This document shows positions 8,595 through 17,893 of a stretch of 64,000 nucleotides of DNA, in pieces; the first letter of the stretch is position 1; the number at the start of each line of letters is the position of its first letter. Origin of the DNA: Bacteroidota bacterium (GTDB lineage: Bacteria > Bacteroidota > Bacteroidia > B-17B0 > Aurantibacillaceae). Made by a program: the position numbers and the translations under genes. The notes beneath the pieces were generated by a model. The model was not told the origin of the DNA. It made no database searches and saw only the letters and a program-made list of their open reading frames with translations. The stretch covers positions 1 to 64,000 of the forward strand of contig JADJSH010000010.1 in the NCBI GenBank assembly GCA_016711805.1, given 5' to 3'.

Positions 8595-10532
8595 ATGAGC
8601 TATATTGTAGACTATTGGTGGGTAATTATTCCCATTATTTTATTAATCTCTTACAAACTAATTTTCCGTTTATTCGGAATCATTATTATCCCAGAAGATA
8701 AGATTGGATTAGTCACCAAAAAATTTGTGTTATTTGGTGCTAATAAGGAATTACCTGCAGGGCGTATTATTGCTATTGATGGTGAAGCTGGTTTTCAAGC
8801 ACAACCTCTTGCCCCAGGAATTTATTTTTGGAAATGGATTTGGCAATATGAAATTACTCAACAGTCGTTTACTGTTATTCCAGAAGGAAAAATTGGTTTA
8901 GTAGTAGCCAAAGATGGTAAACAATTAGAAACAGGTTTTATCTTAGCTCGTAAAGTAGATTGCGATTCATTTCAAGATTCTGAAGCCTTTTTAAGAAATG
9001 GCGGACGTAAAGGTCGCCAGTCGGCTATTATTACTGCTGGTACTTACCGTATCAATACTTTCTTATTTGAAATCAGTACTTACGACATGACTCATATTAA
9101 TGAGAATATGGTTGGTATTGTAACAACGATGGATGGTATGCCTATTGAAGAAGGCAACATTGCAGGTAAGCAAGTATTAGGACATAATAATTTCCAAGAT
9201 TGTGATGCTTTCTTAGAAGCTAATGGTAACAAAGGTTTACAGCCAGAGATTATTTTAGCAGGTTCATATTATTTAAATCCTTGGTTCATACAAGTTGAGC
9301 AAATTAAAATGACAGAGATTCCAATTGGTTATGTAGGTGTTGTTATTTCTTATGTAGGATCAGAAGGAAAAGATTTAAGTGGTACTGAATTTAAACACGG
9401 TAACATTGTGAGTAAAGGCGAAAAAGGTGTTTGGGCTGAGCCATTAGGGCCTGGTAAATATCCAGTAAATACATTTATTATGCGAGTGGAATTAGTACCA
9501 ACTACTAACTTAGTTTTAAACTGGGCAAATGCTCGCAGCGAATCACATCAATTAGATAAAAACTTATCGACTATTACAGTACGTTCAAAAGATGGTTTCC
9601 CTTTTAATTTAGATGTTTCTCAAATTATTCATATTCCAACAACGGAAGCACCAAAAGTAATTGCACGTTTTGGTAGCATGATGAATTTAGTTGGACAAGT
9701 ATTAGAACCAACTATTGGTAACTATTTCCGTAACTCGGCTCAAGATAGTGATGTGATTGCTTTCTTAAGCACTCGTAAAGAACGTCAGGATGCTGCTAAA
9801 TCAAAAATCAGTCAAGTGTTAGACCAATACAATGTGAATGGTGTTGATACTTTAATTGGAGACATTGTTCCACCAGAAAGCTTAATGAAAACATTAACCG
9901 ATCGTAAAATTGCCGAAGAGCAAAATACAACCTTTGAAACTCAAAAACGTGCCGAGGTAACTCGTCAGGCTTTAGAGAAAGAAACAGCGGTTGCTGATAT
10001 GCAAAAAGAAATTGTAAAAGCTGATCAAGGCGTATTAATCTCTGAACGTATTGCAGATGCTGCCGTTAAGAAAGCAACAGGTGAAGCGCAAAGTGTTAAG
10101 ATTTCTTCTAATGCAGAAGCAGATAGATTAAAGGTAATCGCAGCAGCTGATGCGGAGAAAACAAAATTATCAGCCAATGCAGAAGCAGAGAAAGTTAAAA
10201 TGCTAGCAAATGCAAATGCAGAGAAAATATCGGTAACCGGTACAGCCGAAGCACAAAGTATTTTAGCAGTAGGTAAATCAAATGCAGAATCTTACCGATT
10301 AGCAGTTGAAGCCATGGGTGGCGATAACTTCAGCCGCTTAAAAGTAACGGAAGCAATAGGTAAAGATAAAATCAAAGTGATTCCAGATGTATTAATTACT
10401 GGCGGTAACGGCGATGGAGCTAACGGTCCTATCAGCGGATTATTAGGATTAAAATTATTAGAAGAAGTATCAAAAAACATGGGTAAGAATGTAGAGGAGA
10501 AACCTCATACAGACACTGATACTAAAAAATAA
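8595..10532 (+). CDS. flotillin-like SPFH/band-7 domain protein (YqiK-like)
   Basis: N-terminal TM anchor, SPFH domain, long Ala/Glu-rich coiled-coil with EA repeats near the C-terminus; 645 aa. Confidence 0.8.
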   Translation: MSYIVDYWWVIIPIILLISYKLIFRLFGIIIIPEDKIGLVTKKFVLFGANKELPAGRIIAIDGEAGFQAQPLAPGIYFWKWIWQYEITQQSFTVIPEGKIGLVVAKDGKQLETGFILARKVDCDSFQDSEAFLRNGGRKGRQSAIITAGTYRINTFLFEISTYDMTHINENMVGIVTTMDGMPIEEGNIAGKQVLGHNNFQDCDAFLEANGNKGLQPEIILAGSYYLNPWFIQVEQIKMTEIPIGYVGVVISYVGSEGKDLSGTEFKHGNIVSKGEKGVWAEPLGPGKYPVNTFIMRVELVPTTNLVLNWANARSESHQLDKNLSTITVRSKDGFPFNLDVSQIIHIPTTEAPKVIARFGSMMNLVGQVLEPTIGNYFRNSAQDSDVIAFLSTRKERQDAAKSKISQVLDQYNVNGVDTLIGDIVPPESLMKTLTDRKIAEEQNTTFETQKRAEVTRQALEKETAVADMQKEIVKADQGVLISERIADAAVKKATGEAQSVKISSNAEADRLKVIAAADAEKTKLSANAEAEKVKMLANANAEKISVTGTAEAQSILAVGKSNAESYRLAVEAMGGDNFSRLKVTEAIGKDKIKVIPDVLITGGNGDGANGPISGLLGLKLLEEVSKNMGKNVEEKPHTDTDTKK

Positions 10533-10552
10533 TTGTGCATAACATTACCAAT

Positions 10553-10580
10553 TAAAAAGAGATAGCAATATCTCTTTTTT
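10553..10580 (+). terminator. rho-independent terminator after the flotillin gene
   Basis: Hairpin aaagagatagcaatatctcttt followed by a T-run. Confidence 0.55.
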
Positions 10581-10603
10581 TATTTTAGTAAACTATAAGA
10601 GCG

Positions 10604-10762
10604 CTTCTCGACTACGCTCGAAGTGACATAAATACTAAACTTTAGTTACATATTGAGCTTGTCAGTTCGAGCGTAGTCAAGAACCGATGTGAAAGAGTTA
10701 GCGAACCGAAGATAAAACAAAAAAGGATTTGTCAGTTCGAGCGTAGTCGAGAACCGAAGTAA
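10604..10762. repeat. intergenic repeat family B (palindromic 24-bp arms TTCTCGACTACGCTCGAAGTGACA / TGTCAGTTCGAGCGTAGTCGAGAA): full hairpin unit plus an extra half-arm
   Basis: An ~86-bp unit 10604-10689 that is identical to 11111-11196; an additional arm at 10730-10762. Confidence 0.7.
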
Positions 10763-10774
10763 GAATAAAACTAA

Positions 10775-11110
10775 ATGATAGTTAAATATTTATACGTTTA
10801 TATCATAAAATGTAATGATGGCACTTACTATACAGGAGTTACAAATAACATTGAAAAAAGACTAGTAGAACATAATGAAGGAATACATAAAGAATCATAT
10901 ACTTATTTTCGTAGGCCTGTTGAATTAGCATTTTGTGAATTATTTTCAGATTACAACTTAGCAATTCAATGGGAGAAAAAGATAAAAAAATGGAGTGCTA
11001 AAAAGAAAGAAGCTTTAATAAATTCGGATTGGAAAAGATTAATTGAAGAAGCAAAATGTAAAAACGAAACTTCTCATGAAATATATAATACAATAAGATT
11101 AAATAAATAA
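10775..11110 (+). CDS. GIY-YIG nuclease family protein (small, stand-alone)
   Basis: YVYIIKCNDGTYYTGVTNNIEKRLVEHN matches the GIY-(x10)-YIG motif with conserved R and H/E; 111 aa. Confidence 0.85.
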   Translation: MIVKYLYVYIIKCNDGTYYTGVTNNIEKRLVEHNEGIHKESYTYFRRPVELAFCELFSDYNLAIQWEKKIKKWSAKKKEALINSDWKRLIEEAKCKNETSHEIYNTIRLNK

Positions 11111-11196
11111 CTTCTCGACTACGCTCGAAGTGACATAAATACTAAACTTTAGTTACATATTGAGCTTGTCAGTTCGAGCGTAGTCGAGAACCGAAG
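11111..11196. repeat. intergenic repeat family B, full hairpin unit (direct repeat of 10604-10689)
   Basis: Identical 86-bp sequence cttctcgactacgctcgaagtgacataaatactaaactttagttacatattgagcttgtcagttcgagcgtagtcgagaaccgaag. Confidence 0.7.
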
Positions 11197-11207
11197 AAAA
11201 ATAAAAA

Positions 11208-11729
11208 ATGAATCACGAAATAATAATAGAAACCGAACGTTTAATAATAAGGGAACATGTCTTAAGTGACGCTCCGTTTTTCTTTACACTAAATTCAAAT
11301 TACAATGTTGTAAAATATACTGGAGACTCATCATTTAAAACGATTGAAGAAGCAGAAAAAATAGTTCAGTACGTCATGAACCAATATAAAGAAAATGGAT
11401 ACGGACGGTGGTTAGTGGCAGAGAAGGAAACTGGAAATCCCATAGGCTGGTGCGGTTTAAAATTCCATACAGATACAAAAGAAACTGACATAGGTTACCG
11501 ACTATTAGAAAGTGCTTGGGGAAAAGGTTACGCTACTGAATCGGCTAAAGCATGTATAGATTATGGATTCAATCATTTTAATTTAAATCGAATTATTGGT
11601 GACGCCATGAAGGAAAATACAGCATCTATTAATATATTCAAAAAATTGGGAATGACCTATTTAAAAGACAGTTTGCTTGATAATATAGAATCTGTTGTTT
11701 ACGAACTAAAAAAAGAAAATTACAAATAA
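11208..11729 (+). CDS. GNAT family N-acetyltransferase (RimJ/RimL-like)
   Basis: Acetyl-CoA binding region GWCGLKF...IGYRLLESAWGKGYATE; 173 aa. Confidence 0.8.
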   Translation: MNHEIIIETERLIIREHVLSDAPFFFTLNSNYNVVKYTGDSSFKTIEEAEKIVQYVMNQYKENGYGRWLVAEKETGNPIGWCGLKFHTDTKETDIGYRLLESAWGKGYATESAKACIDYGFNHFNLNRIIGDAMKENTASINIFKKLGMTYLKDSLLDNIESVVYELKKENYK

Positions 11730-11730
11730 G

Positions 11731-12858
11731 ATGCGCTTAACACAACGCCTTCAATTAATCAAATTAACCGTTCTTATTGGCTTGTTAGCGTCCATTATTT
11801 TAAGCCATCCTTTATGGGCAGGAGACAGATGGTTTCCAAAAACAACATTGATAGAAGATTATTTTGGAGTGCCCTACCCTTACGATTACATTCAATTTGC
11901 GGTTTTAATTTTACTCATCATATTTTCTTTTAGTACGCAAAAAAAGTTTCCAACTGTATTATTAATTTTATTTTCGGTGTATATGTGTTTTGATGATCAA
12001 AACCGTTTACAGCCATGGTTTTATAATTACATTTTAATCTTATTTATCTTATTATTTTATAGGCATCGTGTAGATGAACCTAACAATTACACCACGGTCT
12101 TTATTTCGCTGCAGTTGCTGGTGGCCTTGATTTACATCTTTAGTGGGATTCAAAAAATGAATTCTTCTTTTGTACCAGATACCTTTGAATGGATGATTAG
12201 TGCTTTTGATACGGTATTATCAAAACGACAGCTTGGCATCGTAACTAAATTTGGTTATGTAATTCCCTACTTCGAATTAAGTATTGGTGTATTATTACTC
12301 GTAAAGCAGTTTCGCTTTATTGTTGTTCCATTAGTAATCCTAATGCATATTTTAATTTTAATCATGTTAGGTCCAACTGGTAAATCCTATAACTCCGTAG
12401 TTTGGCCTTGGAATATCATCATGATAGCATTAATACTGCTGCTATTTGCTGACGTTAAACAAGAACGCTTTTTTGATATTTCCTTTTTATTTAAAGGATT
12501 GAGTTTTTATATCGTGATTACCTTAATGCTCATCTTCCCTATTTTTAGTTTAAATAACCAATACGATTCGTATTTATCAAGTTCATTATATTCATCAAAC
12601 TTAAATGAATGTCAGTTAATTTTAACGGACAAAGCCTATAATCGATTACCTAATGATCTTAAAGCATTTTGCACTACCAATGTTGATCACAATGTATTAT
12701 ATATTAAAAAATGGGTAGAAGAAGAACTAAACGTGCCATGCGTACCTGAGTACCGTATCTTTAGAAACGCTCATCATTATATTATTCAACTCACACAAAC
12801 TGATTTGAAAGAAGTTAAATTTAACTTTATTGAAAGAGAGAAATTAATTGAGTTTTAG
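11731..12858 (+). CDS. polytopic integral membrane protein of unknown function
   Basis: At least 8 hydrophobic segments; no catalytic motif recognised. Confidence 0.4.
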   Translation: MRLTQRLQLIKLTVLIGLLASIILSHPLWAGDRWFPKTTLIEDYFGVPYPYDYIQFAVLILLIIFSFSTQKKFPTVLLILFSVYMCFDDQNRLQPWFYNYILILFILLFYRHRVDEPNNYTTVFISLQLLVALIYIFSGIQKMNSSFVPDTFEWMISAFDTVLSKRQLGIVTKFGYVIPYFELSIGVLLLVKQFRFIVVPLVILMHILILIMLGPTGKSYNSVVWPWNIIMIALILLLFADVKQERFFDISFLFKGLSFYIVITLMLIFPIFSLNNQYDSYLSSSLYSSNLNECQLILTDKAYNRLPNDLKAFCTTNVDHNVLYIKKWVEEELNVPCVPEYRIFRNAHHYIIQLTQTDLKEVKFNFIEREKLIEF

Positions 12859-12867
12859 CAAATTTAT

Positions 12868-13065
12868 CATACGTTGGTAATGGTGCGGCTGATTTTGGCA
12901 ATTCGGTGCGAACTACAATTTTTTCGGTGGAATTGCGCTGACTTTTCGAGCGAGAAAAAGATTGGAGTTGGCGTTTCGTCTTGTCCTACGCACCTGCTCG
13001 CTCAATTGTGTGCTACACAATTGCCGTATTTCTTTTTGTTCAAGCAAAAAGAAAAAGAAAAGTAA
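12868..13065. repeat. intergenic repeat family C copy
   Basis: Starts CATACGTTGGTAATGGTGCGGCTG; contains AAAAGATTGGAGTTGGCG and the terminal hairpin tttctttttgttcaagcaaaaagaaaaagaaa. Confidence 0.5.
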
Positions 13066-13098
13066 AATTTTGGTACATTTACTTTACAATTTATTTAC

Positions 13099-14160
13099 AT
13101 GAAAAAACTCCTACTCTCTCTTACATTAATCTCTACTTTTTGTTTCGCTCAAATTCCCGTGGGATATTATAATACAGCACAAGGCTTAACGGGCAATACA
13201 TTAAAAATAGCCTTGCACAATATTATTGATAATCATACGCAAGTTTCTTATAATGGCTTATGGACAGCCTATCAAAAAACAGATAGAAAAACCAACGGAA
13301 AAGTATGGGACATGTATAGCGATATTCCATCAGGAACAGCTCCGTATAATTTTACATTTGTAACTGACGAATGTGGAAATTATGCCGTAGAAGGCGATTG
13401 TTATAATCGTGAACATAGCTGGCCACAAAGTTGGTTCAACTCTGTTTCAGGACCAAGTTCTGATTTATTTCACGTGTATCCAACGGATGGAAAAGTAAAT
13501 GGTATAAGAAGTAATTATCCTTATGGAAATGTAGGCGTTGCAAGTATCACCACATTGAACGGAAGTAAATTAGGAAGTTGTTCTGATTTAGGATACAGCC
13601 AAATCGTGTTTGAACCAATTGACGAATACAAAGGAGATTTAGCAAGAACGTATTTTTATATGAGTACGCGTTATTATAGCGAAGATGGTGGTTGGTCAAC
13701 ATCAGGTGCAACCAATAAATCAAACATATTACCTTGGCAAATGAATGTATTATTACAATGGAATCAACAAGATCCAGTAAGTGCAAAAGAAATTGCGCGT
13801 AACGATTCTGTTTATTACAAATTTCAAAATAACCGAAATCCGTTTATTGATCATCCCGAGTGGGCTGATAGTATTTGGACTTTTGATACGGAAGTTTTTA
13901 TAAAAGAAATCCAATTACAACATTCCTTTTCTGTGTTTCCAAATCCAGCAAGTAACTCATTTCAAATTATTAATAAAAGTAATTCTCAAAAAAACGTAAC
14001 CATAAAAATCACAACAATCACAGGAGAATTATTAGAAGAGAAAGTAGTTTCTTTACAAGAATCTGTTTTAATTAATTGCGAAGATTGGGCAAAAGGAATC
14101 TATATTATAAACTTGAGTTCAGAGCAATCAGTTTCTAATAGTATGTTTATAAAAGAATAG
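13099..14160 (+). CDS. secreted endonuclease I family nuclease with T9SS C-terminal sorting domain
   Basis: Signal peptide; endonuclease I signature YNREHSWPQSWF; C-terminal Por_Secre_tail-like segment (FSVFPNPASNSFQI...KGIYIINL...). Confidence 0.8.
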   Translation: MKKLLLSLTLISTFCFAQIPVGYYNTAQGLTGNTLKIALHNIIDNHTQVSYNGLWTAYQKTDRKTNGKVWDMYSDIPSGTAPYNFTFVTDECGNYAVEGDCYNREHSWPQSWFNSVSGPSSDLFHVYPTDGKVNGIRSNYPYGNVGVASITTLNGSKLGSCSDLGYSQIVFEPIDEYKGDLARTYFYMSTRYYSEDGGWSTSGATNKSNILPWQMNVLLQWNQQDPVSAKEIARNDSVYYKFQNNRNPFIDHPEWADSIWTFDTEVFIKEIQLQHSFSVFPNPASNSFQIINKSNSQKNVTIKITTITGELLEEKVVSLQESVLINCEDWAKGIYIINLSSEQSVSNSMFIKE

Positions 14161-14264
14161 ACAATATATAATAGCCCAATTTTTGAAACTAAATTATATC
14201 CGTTAAGGCAAATTGGAAACAAGAAAACTGTCTAAGACATACTAAAACTATATCTTCAAAAACA

Positions 14265-14663
14265 TTAGTTCTCTGAAATGGAAATCATTTTAAAAGGTAA
14301 ATCAACCATACCTTCAAAATTTTTGCCTGCAGCTAAAATATCTTCGTCGTTTTCTTCGTAAATCCAATTAATAGTTACCGGAGATCCAACACCCTTATTG
14401 AATTTTTCTAACTTTTTAAACACACTTAATAAACAAGCTGAAGAACTACTGTTATAGTATTCTAATTGAATATTTAAGATAGTTGCATTTTTAGGGTTGG
14501 GATCTGCTAAATATTTATCAAGCGCCGCAAATAATGGATTATAAAATTCAATGGAATTTTCAGGAATGGAACGACCAGAAATAGTTAATTCTCCTTTCAC
14601 TAAATCAAAATTAATATCAGGTGTATTTGATGTACCGTTAATTGAATATTTTTCCATGACCAT
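14265..14663 (-). CDS. DUF1987 family protein (SiaC-like partner-switch protein)
   Basis: N-terminal TPDINFDLVKGELTISGRSIPENSIEFYNPLFAALDKYLAD closely matches the SiaC/DUF1987 signature (TP.I....G.L.I.G.SYPEN...F......W...FLAD). Confidence 0.55.
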   Translation of the reverse strand: MVMEKYSINGTSNTPDINFDLVKGELTISGRSIPENSIEFYNPLFAALDKYLADPNPKNATILNIQLEYYNSSSSACLLSVFKKLEKFNKGVGSPVTINWIYEENDEDILAAGKNFEGMVDLPFKMISISEN

Positions 14664-14774
14664 AAGTTAAATGCAGACAGCTCAAAATGATTTTGTTTAC
14701 ATCAGTAAATTTAGAGATTTTTCTTATAAAAATTAAATAATACTCGTGAAACTTTAAAATTAATAAGTGAAATG

Positions 14775-15470
14775 CTAGTTTAACTGAGCAAACAATTCAT
14801 CTAGCTCAGATTGTGTTAAATCACGCCATTCGCCAATTTTTAACTTATCTAACTTAATATTCATGACACGAATTCGTTGAAGCTTGATAACTTGATAATC
14901 AAAGGCGTTACACATGCGACGAATCTGTCGATTTAAGCCCTGAGTTAAGGTAATTCTGAAAATCCGTTTTGAGTTTGGTTCTCTTGAAACCACACATGGT
15001 TTTGTTCTGATACCTTGAATATCAATTCCTTCCGATATTTCCTTTAAAAAAGCGGTTCTTACTGGTAAATTTAGCGTCACAATGTATTCTTTTTCATGCT
15101 CAAACTTTGAATTGCCAATTTTATTGATAATCTCCCCATGGTTAGTAAGCAAAATCAATCCTTCCGACTCTTTATCTAAGCGCCCAACAGGGTAAATAGC
15201 TTGCGAATGACCAATAGCATCAATGATATTGTTTTCTATTTTTTCGGAAGTGCATTCAATGCCTTTTGGTTTGTTGTAAGCAATGTAGGTTGGAATAAAC
15301 TCTTTCTTTTTAAGTTCTACTCCATCAATCAATATCACATCGCCATCTGTAATTTTAGTACTGAAATTTGCAACCTTACCGTTTACAGTTACACGCTTGG
15401 CATCGACTAATTCATATGCCTTGCGGCGTGATGTAAAACCAGAATGTCCTATATATTTATCTACTTTCAT
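14775..15470 (-). CDS. rRNA pseudouridine synthase, RsuA/RluB/RluF family
   Basis: N-terminal S4 domain followed by PVGRLDKESEGLILLTNHGE catalytic-Asp motif. Confidence 0.8.
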   Translation of the reverse strand: MKVDKYIGHSGFTSRRKAYELVDAKRVTVNGKVANFSTKITDGDVILIDGVELKKKEFIPTYIAYNKPKGIECTSEKIENNIIDAIGHSQAIYPVGRLDKESEGLILLTNHGEIINKIGNSKFEHEKEYIVTLNLPVRTAFLKEISEGIDIQGIRTKPCVVSREPNSKRIFRITLTQGLNRQIRRMCNAFDYQVIKLQRIRVMNIKLDKLKIGEWRDLTQSELDELFAQLN

Positions 15471-15488
15471 TATTATTTTTTTAGGTTT

Positions 15489-15564
15489 TGTCAGTTCGAG
15501 CGTAGTCGAGAACTAGACAAATTAAATTTTATTAGGACACATCTCGACTACGCTCGATGTGACA
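15489..15564. repeat. intergenic repeat family B hairpin unit
   Basis: TGTCAGTTCGAGCGTAGTCGAGAAC ... ATCTCGACTACGCTCGATGTGACA inverted arms. Confidence 0.65.
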
Positions 15565-15616
15565 TACTGTGTGTATATCCGCAAAAATTTACGTCATATG
15601 CGGGCAAAATTAATTC

Positions 15617-16849
15617 CTACTTTTTCTTCTTTTTTTTGCCTTTATATGCTTTATCTTCTTTCTCGGCATCAGCAATTAATTTCTTCCAATTATCATTCAC
15701 ATCTTCCGTTAAAGCCAATGTTTCGCTATAATCGGCTTTATCAACTGATAACACCGTTACTTTTTTATCCATGAAGCTTTCAATCTCATCTAAAACTGGC
15801 TTTTCCTCGGGGCTGCAAAACGATACTGCCACGCCTTTGTTATTTCCTCGTCCTGTTCGCCCTACTCTATGCACATAATTCTCGGCTACATCAGGTAAAT
15901 CATAATTCACCACATAATCCACATTAGCAATATCAACGCCTCGCGCACTAATATCTGTAGCAATTAATAATTTAAAGTCGCCGTTCTTAAAACCGTTCAT
16001 TACTTCCAAACGATTTTCTTGATCTTTACCACCGTGCATGGTTTGGCTTTTAATACCAACTCTGTTCATGGCTTCATATACACGCTCAGCACGCACTTTT
16101 GTTCTTACAAATACCAATATTCTACTTTCAGGATTTTCATTCACGATACGTTCCAAAAAGAAACGTTTGTCATCCATGCTCACAAACATGACTGAGTGAG
16201 TCACATTTTTTGAAACAGGATCTTTAGGAGAAATTTGAATCCGAATCGCATTACGTACAATTGAATACGCTAGTTTCTTAATCTTTTCATTAATAGTTGC
16301 AGAGAAAAATAAGGTTTGACGGTGACGTGGCAAATATTTAATTAAGTCTTCAATATCTTTATAAAAGCCTAAATCCAACATTAAATCGGCCTCATCCAAC
16401 ACTAATACTTTAATTTCTCTTAATTTTAAATAACCTTGATTTACTAAATCAAACACACGACCAGGTGTGGCAATCACAATATCAACGCCTTGATGTAATT
16501 TTTCAATTTGCGGATCTTGATCTACTCCACCATAAATACCAAGTGTTGTAACGCTTGTATATTTAGCTAGTTTATCAAACACTTCCGTAATTTGTATCGC
16601 TAACTCGTGAGTTGGAACCATCACGATAGCTTGCACACCTTGACCTACTCCTGCTTTTTCAATTAAATGAATAATAGGAATAGCAAAAGCTGCTGTTTTC
16701 CCAGTTCCCGTTTGCGCAATAGCCAAAACATCTTCGCCATTTAAAATGTTAGGGATAGCTTTAAACTGAATATCAGTTGGACGCTTAAATCCTAATTCAT
16801 TTAAACTCTGTTTAAGTTCGGGTATAATATGGTATTCTTCAAACTTCAT
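15617..16849 (-). CDS. DEAD-box ATP-dependent RNA helicase
   Basis: Q motif, Walker A AQTGTGKT, DEAD box VLDEAD, SAT, HRVGRTGR; Lys-rich tail. Confidence 0.9.
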   Translation of the reverse strand: MKFEEYHIIPELKQSLNELGFKRPTDIQFKAIPNILNGEDVLAIAQTGTGKTAAFAIPIIHLIEKAGVGQGVQAIVMVPTHELAIQITEVFDKLAKYTSVTTLGIYGGVDQDPQIEKLHQGVDIVIATPGRVFDLVNQGYLKLREIKVLVLDEADLMLDLGFYKDIEDLIKYLPRHRQTLFFSATINEKIKKLAYSIVRNAIRIQISPKDPVSKNVTHSVMFVSMDDKRFFLERIVNENPESRILVFVRTKVRAERVYEAMNRVGIKSQTMHGGKDQENRLEVMNGFKNGDFKLLIATDISARGVDIANVDYVVNYDLPDVAENYVHRVGRTGRGNNKGVAVSFCSPEEKPVLDEIESFMDKKVTVLSVDKADYSETLALTEDVNDNWKKLIADAEKEDKAYKGKKKKKK

Positions 16850-16960
16850 AGTGCAAAGGTAACAGAATTTAATAAAGCTGATTTTAACAGGTCTCTTTAA
16901 AAAAAATAGCTCGTAAAATACTATTTAACAGATACCTAAATCATTTTCATCAATAAAAAA

Positions 16961-17425
16961 TTGAAATTCATCGATAAATACTTTACCTTTAAAACACAAA
17001 TATCCATGAATATCCTAACAAAAAATAGTACTACTGTTATTTCCAGAAAAGAAATACCAAATGTTATTACTGTTATTTTAAATTCAGATCATATTATTGA
17101 GGTAAAATGGAGTGAAGCCCTAACTGAAATTGAAAAAGAACATTTAATCAATTTAACAACTATTATCAAAGAATTAGGGCATGGAAAAAAAATGTTAGTG
17201 TACATTGACACCTACAACTTTATGGCAATCACTTCTGAGGCCAGAGAATACGCTGCCACCAAAGAAGCTAGTCAATATACCTTAGCAAACGCTGTATTAG
17301 TAGATGCGTTGCCAAAAAAAATATTATTTAATTTTTACATGAAAATTAATAAACCCGTTGTTCAAACAAAAGGCTTTAGCGCTAAAGAAAGTGCGATGAA
17401 CTGGCTAAAAGAATGGCAGTTTTAA
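16961..17425 (+). CDS. hypothetical protein (possible STAS/SpoIIAA-like fold)
   Basis: 154 aa, no strong motif; family guess only. Confidence 0.35.
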   Translation: MKFIDKYFTFKTQISMNILTKNSTTVISRKEIPNVITVILNSDHIIEVKWSEALTEIEKEHLINLTTIIKELGHGKKMLVYIDTYNFMAITSEAREYAATKEASQYTLANAVLVDALPKKILFNFYMKINKPVVQTKGFSAKESAMNWLKEWQF

Positions 17426-17426
17426 A

Positions 17427-17690
17427 CTACACAATTCTTTCTAAATAAAACAATAACAAATCGTATTGCGACTGATATTCACGTGCGTAACCTGAAGTGC
17501 TATATTCTTTAGGATTTTCGTAGCAAAGCCTTTCGAAATTCGTTAATAAATGATTGAAGTTATCAGCATTCATGTGCTTTAAAAACGCCTCTCTGTTCCC
17601 TTCTAATAATTTATAAATATCTAAAGCAGATTTATGAATAGAGGTGTTTTTATAGTTTTTGATTTCGAGAATCACATCATTTATAAGCAT
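17427..17690 (-). CDS. hypothetical small protein
   Basis: 87-aa ORF convergent with the previous gene; no motif. Confidence 0.3.
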   Translation of the reverse strand: MLINDVILEIKNYKNTSIHKSALDIYKLLEGNREAFLKHMNADNFNHLLTNFERLCYENPKEYSTSGYAREYQSQYDLLLFYLERIV

Positions 17691-17718
17691 GTTGTAAAGT
17701 TAATCTTTTTTATTAGTT

Positions 17719-17852
17719 GGGCGTATCGGCGCAAAAGAGGCAGCGCCGTCGGGCTGACCCGCTTCAATCTTTTTGTTGCTCCTACGCTGCAGCTTCGGCG
17801 CAAGCGTAAAGGAACACAAAAAGGATTTTCGCTCGCATCCCTTACGCAGGTA
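17719..17852. repeat. intergenic repeat family A copy (left half only)
   Basis: GGGCGTATCGGCGCAAAAGAGGCAGCGCCGTCGGGCTGACCCGCT...CGCTCGCATCCCTTACGCAGG. Confidence 0.6.
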
Positions 17853-17893
17853 ATGCAAAAAAAATATTACATTTAAATTCTAAAACTAAAAAC

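Noticed and set aside
12874-13172. Two 63-aa ORFs
   Set aside because: They are inside a repeat family C copy and the promoter region of the endonuclease I gene, with no coding signal.
15444-15774. ORFs 15444-15731 and 15559-15774 (+)
   Set aside because: They overlap the DEAD-box helicase C-terminus and a family B repeat, and are low-complexity. Not credible genes.
14265-17425. A complete SiaABCD-like partner-switching locus
   Set aside because: Only the SiaC-like protein is recognisable. No adjacent kinase (SiaB), PP2C or diguanylate cyclase gene was found, so the two proteins are reported separately.
17634-17876. 80-aa ORF
   Set aside because: It is encoded by a repeat family A copy.
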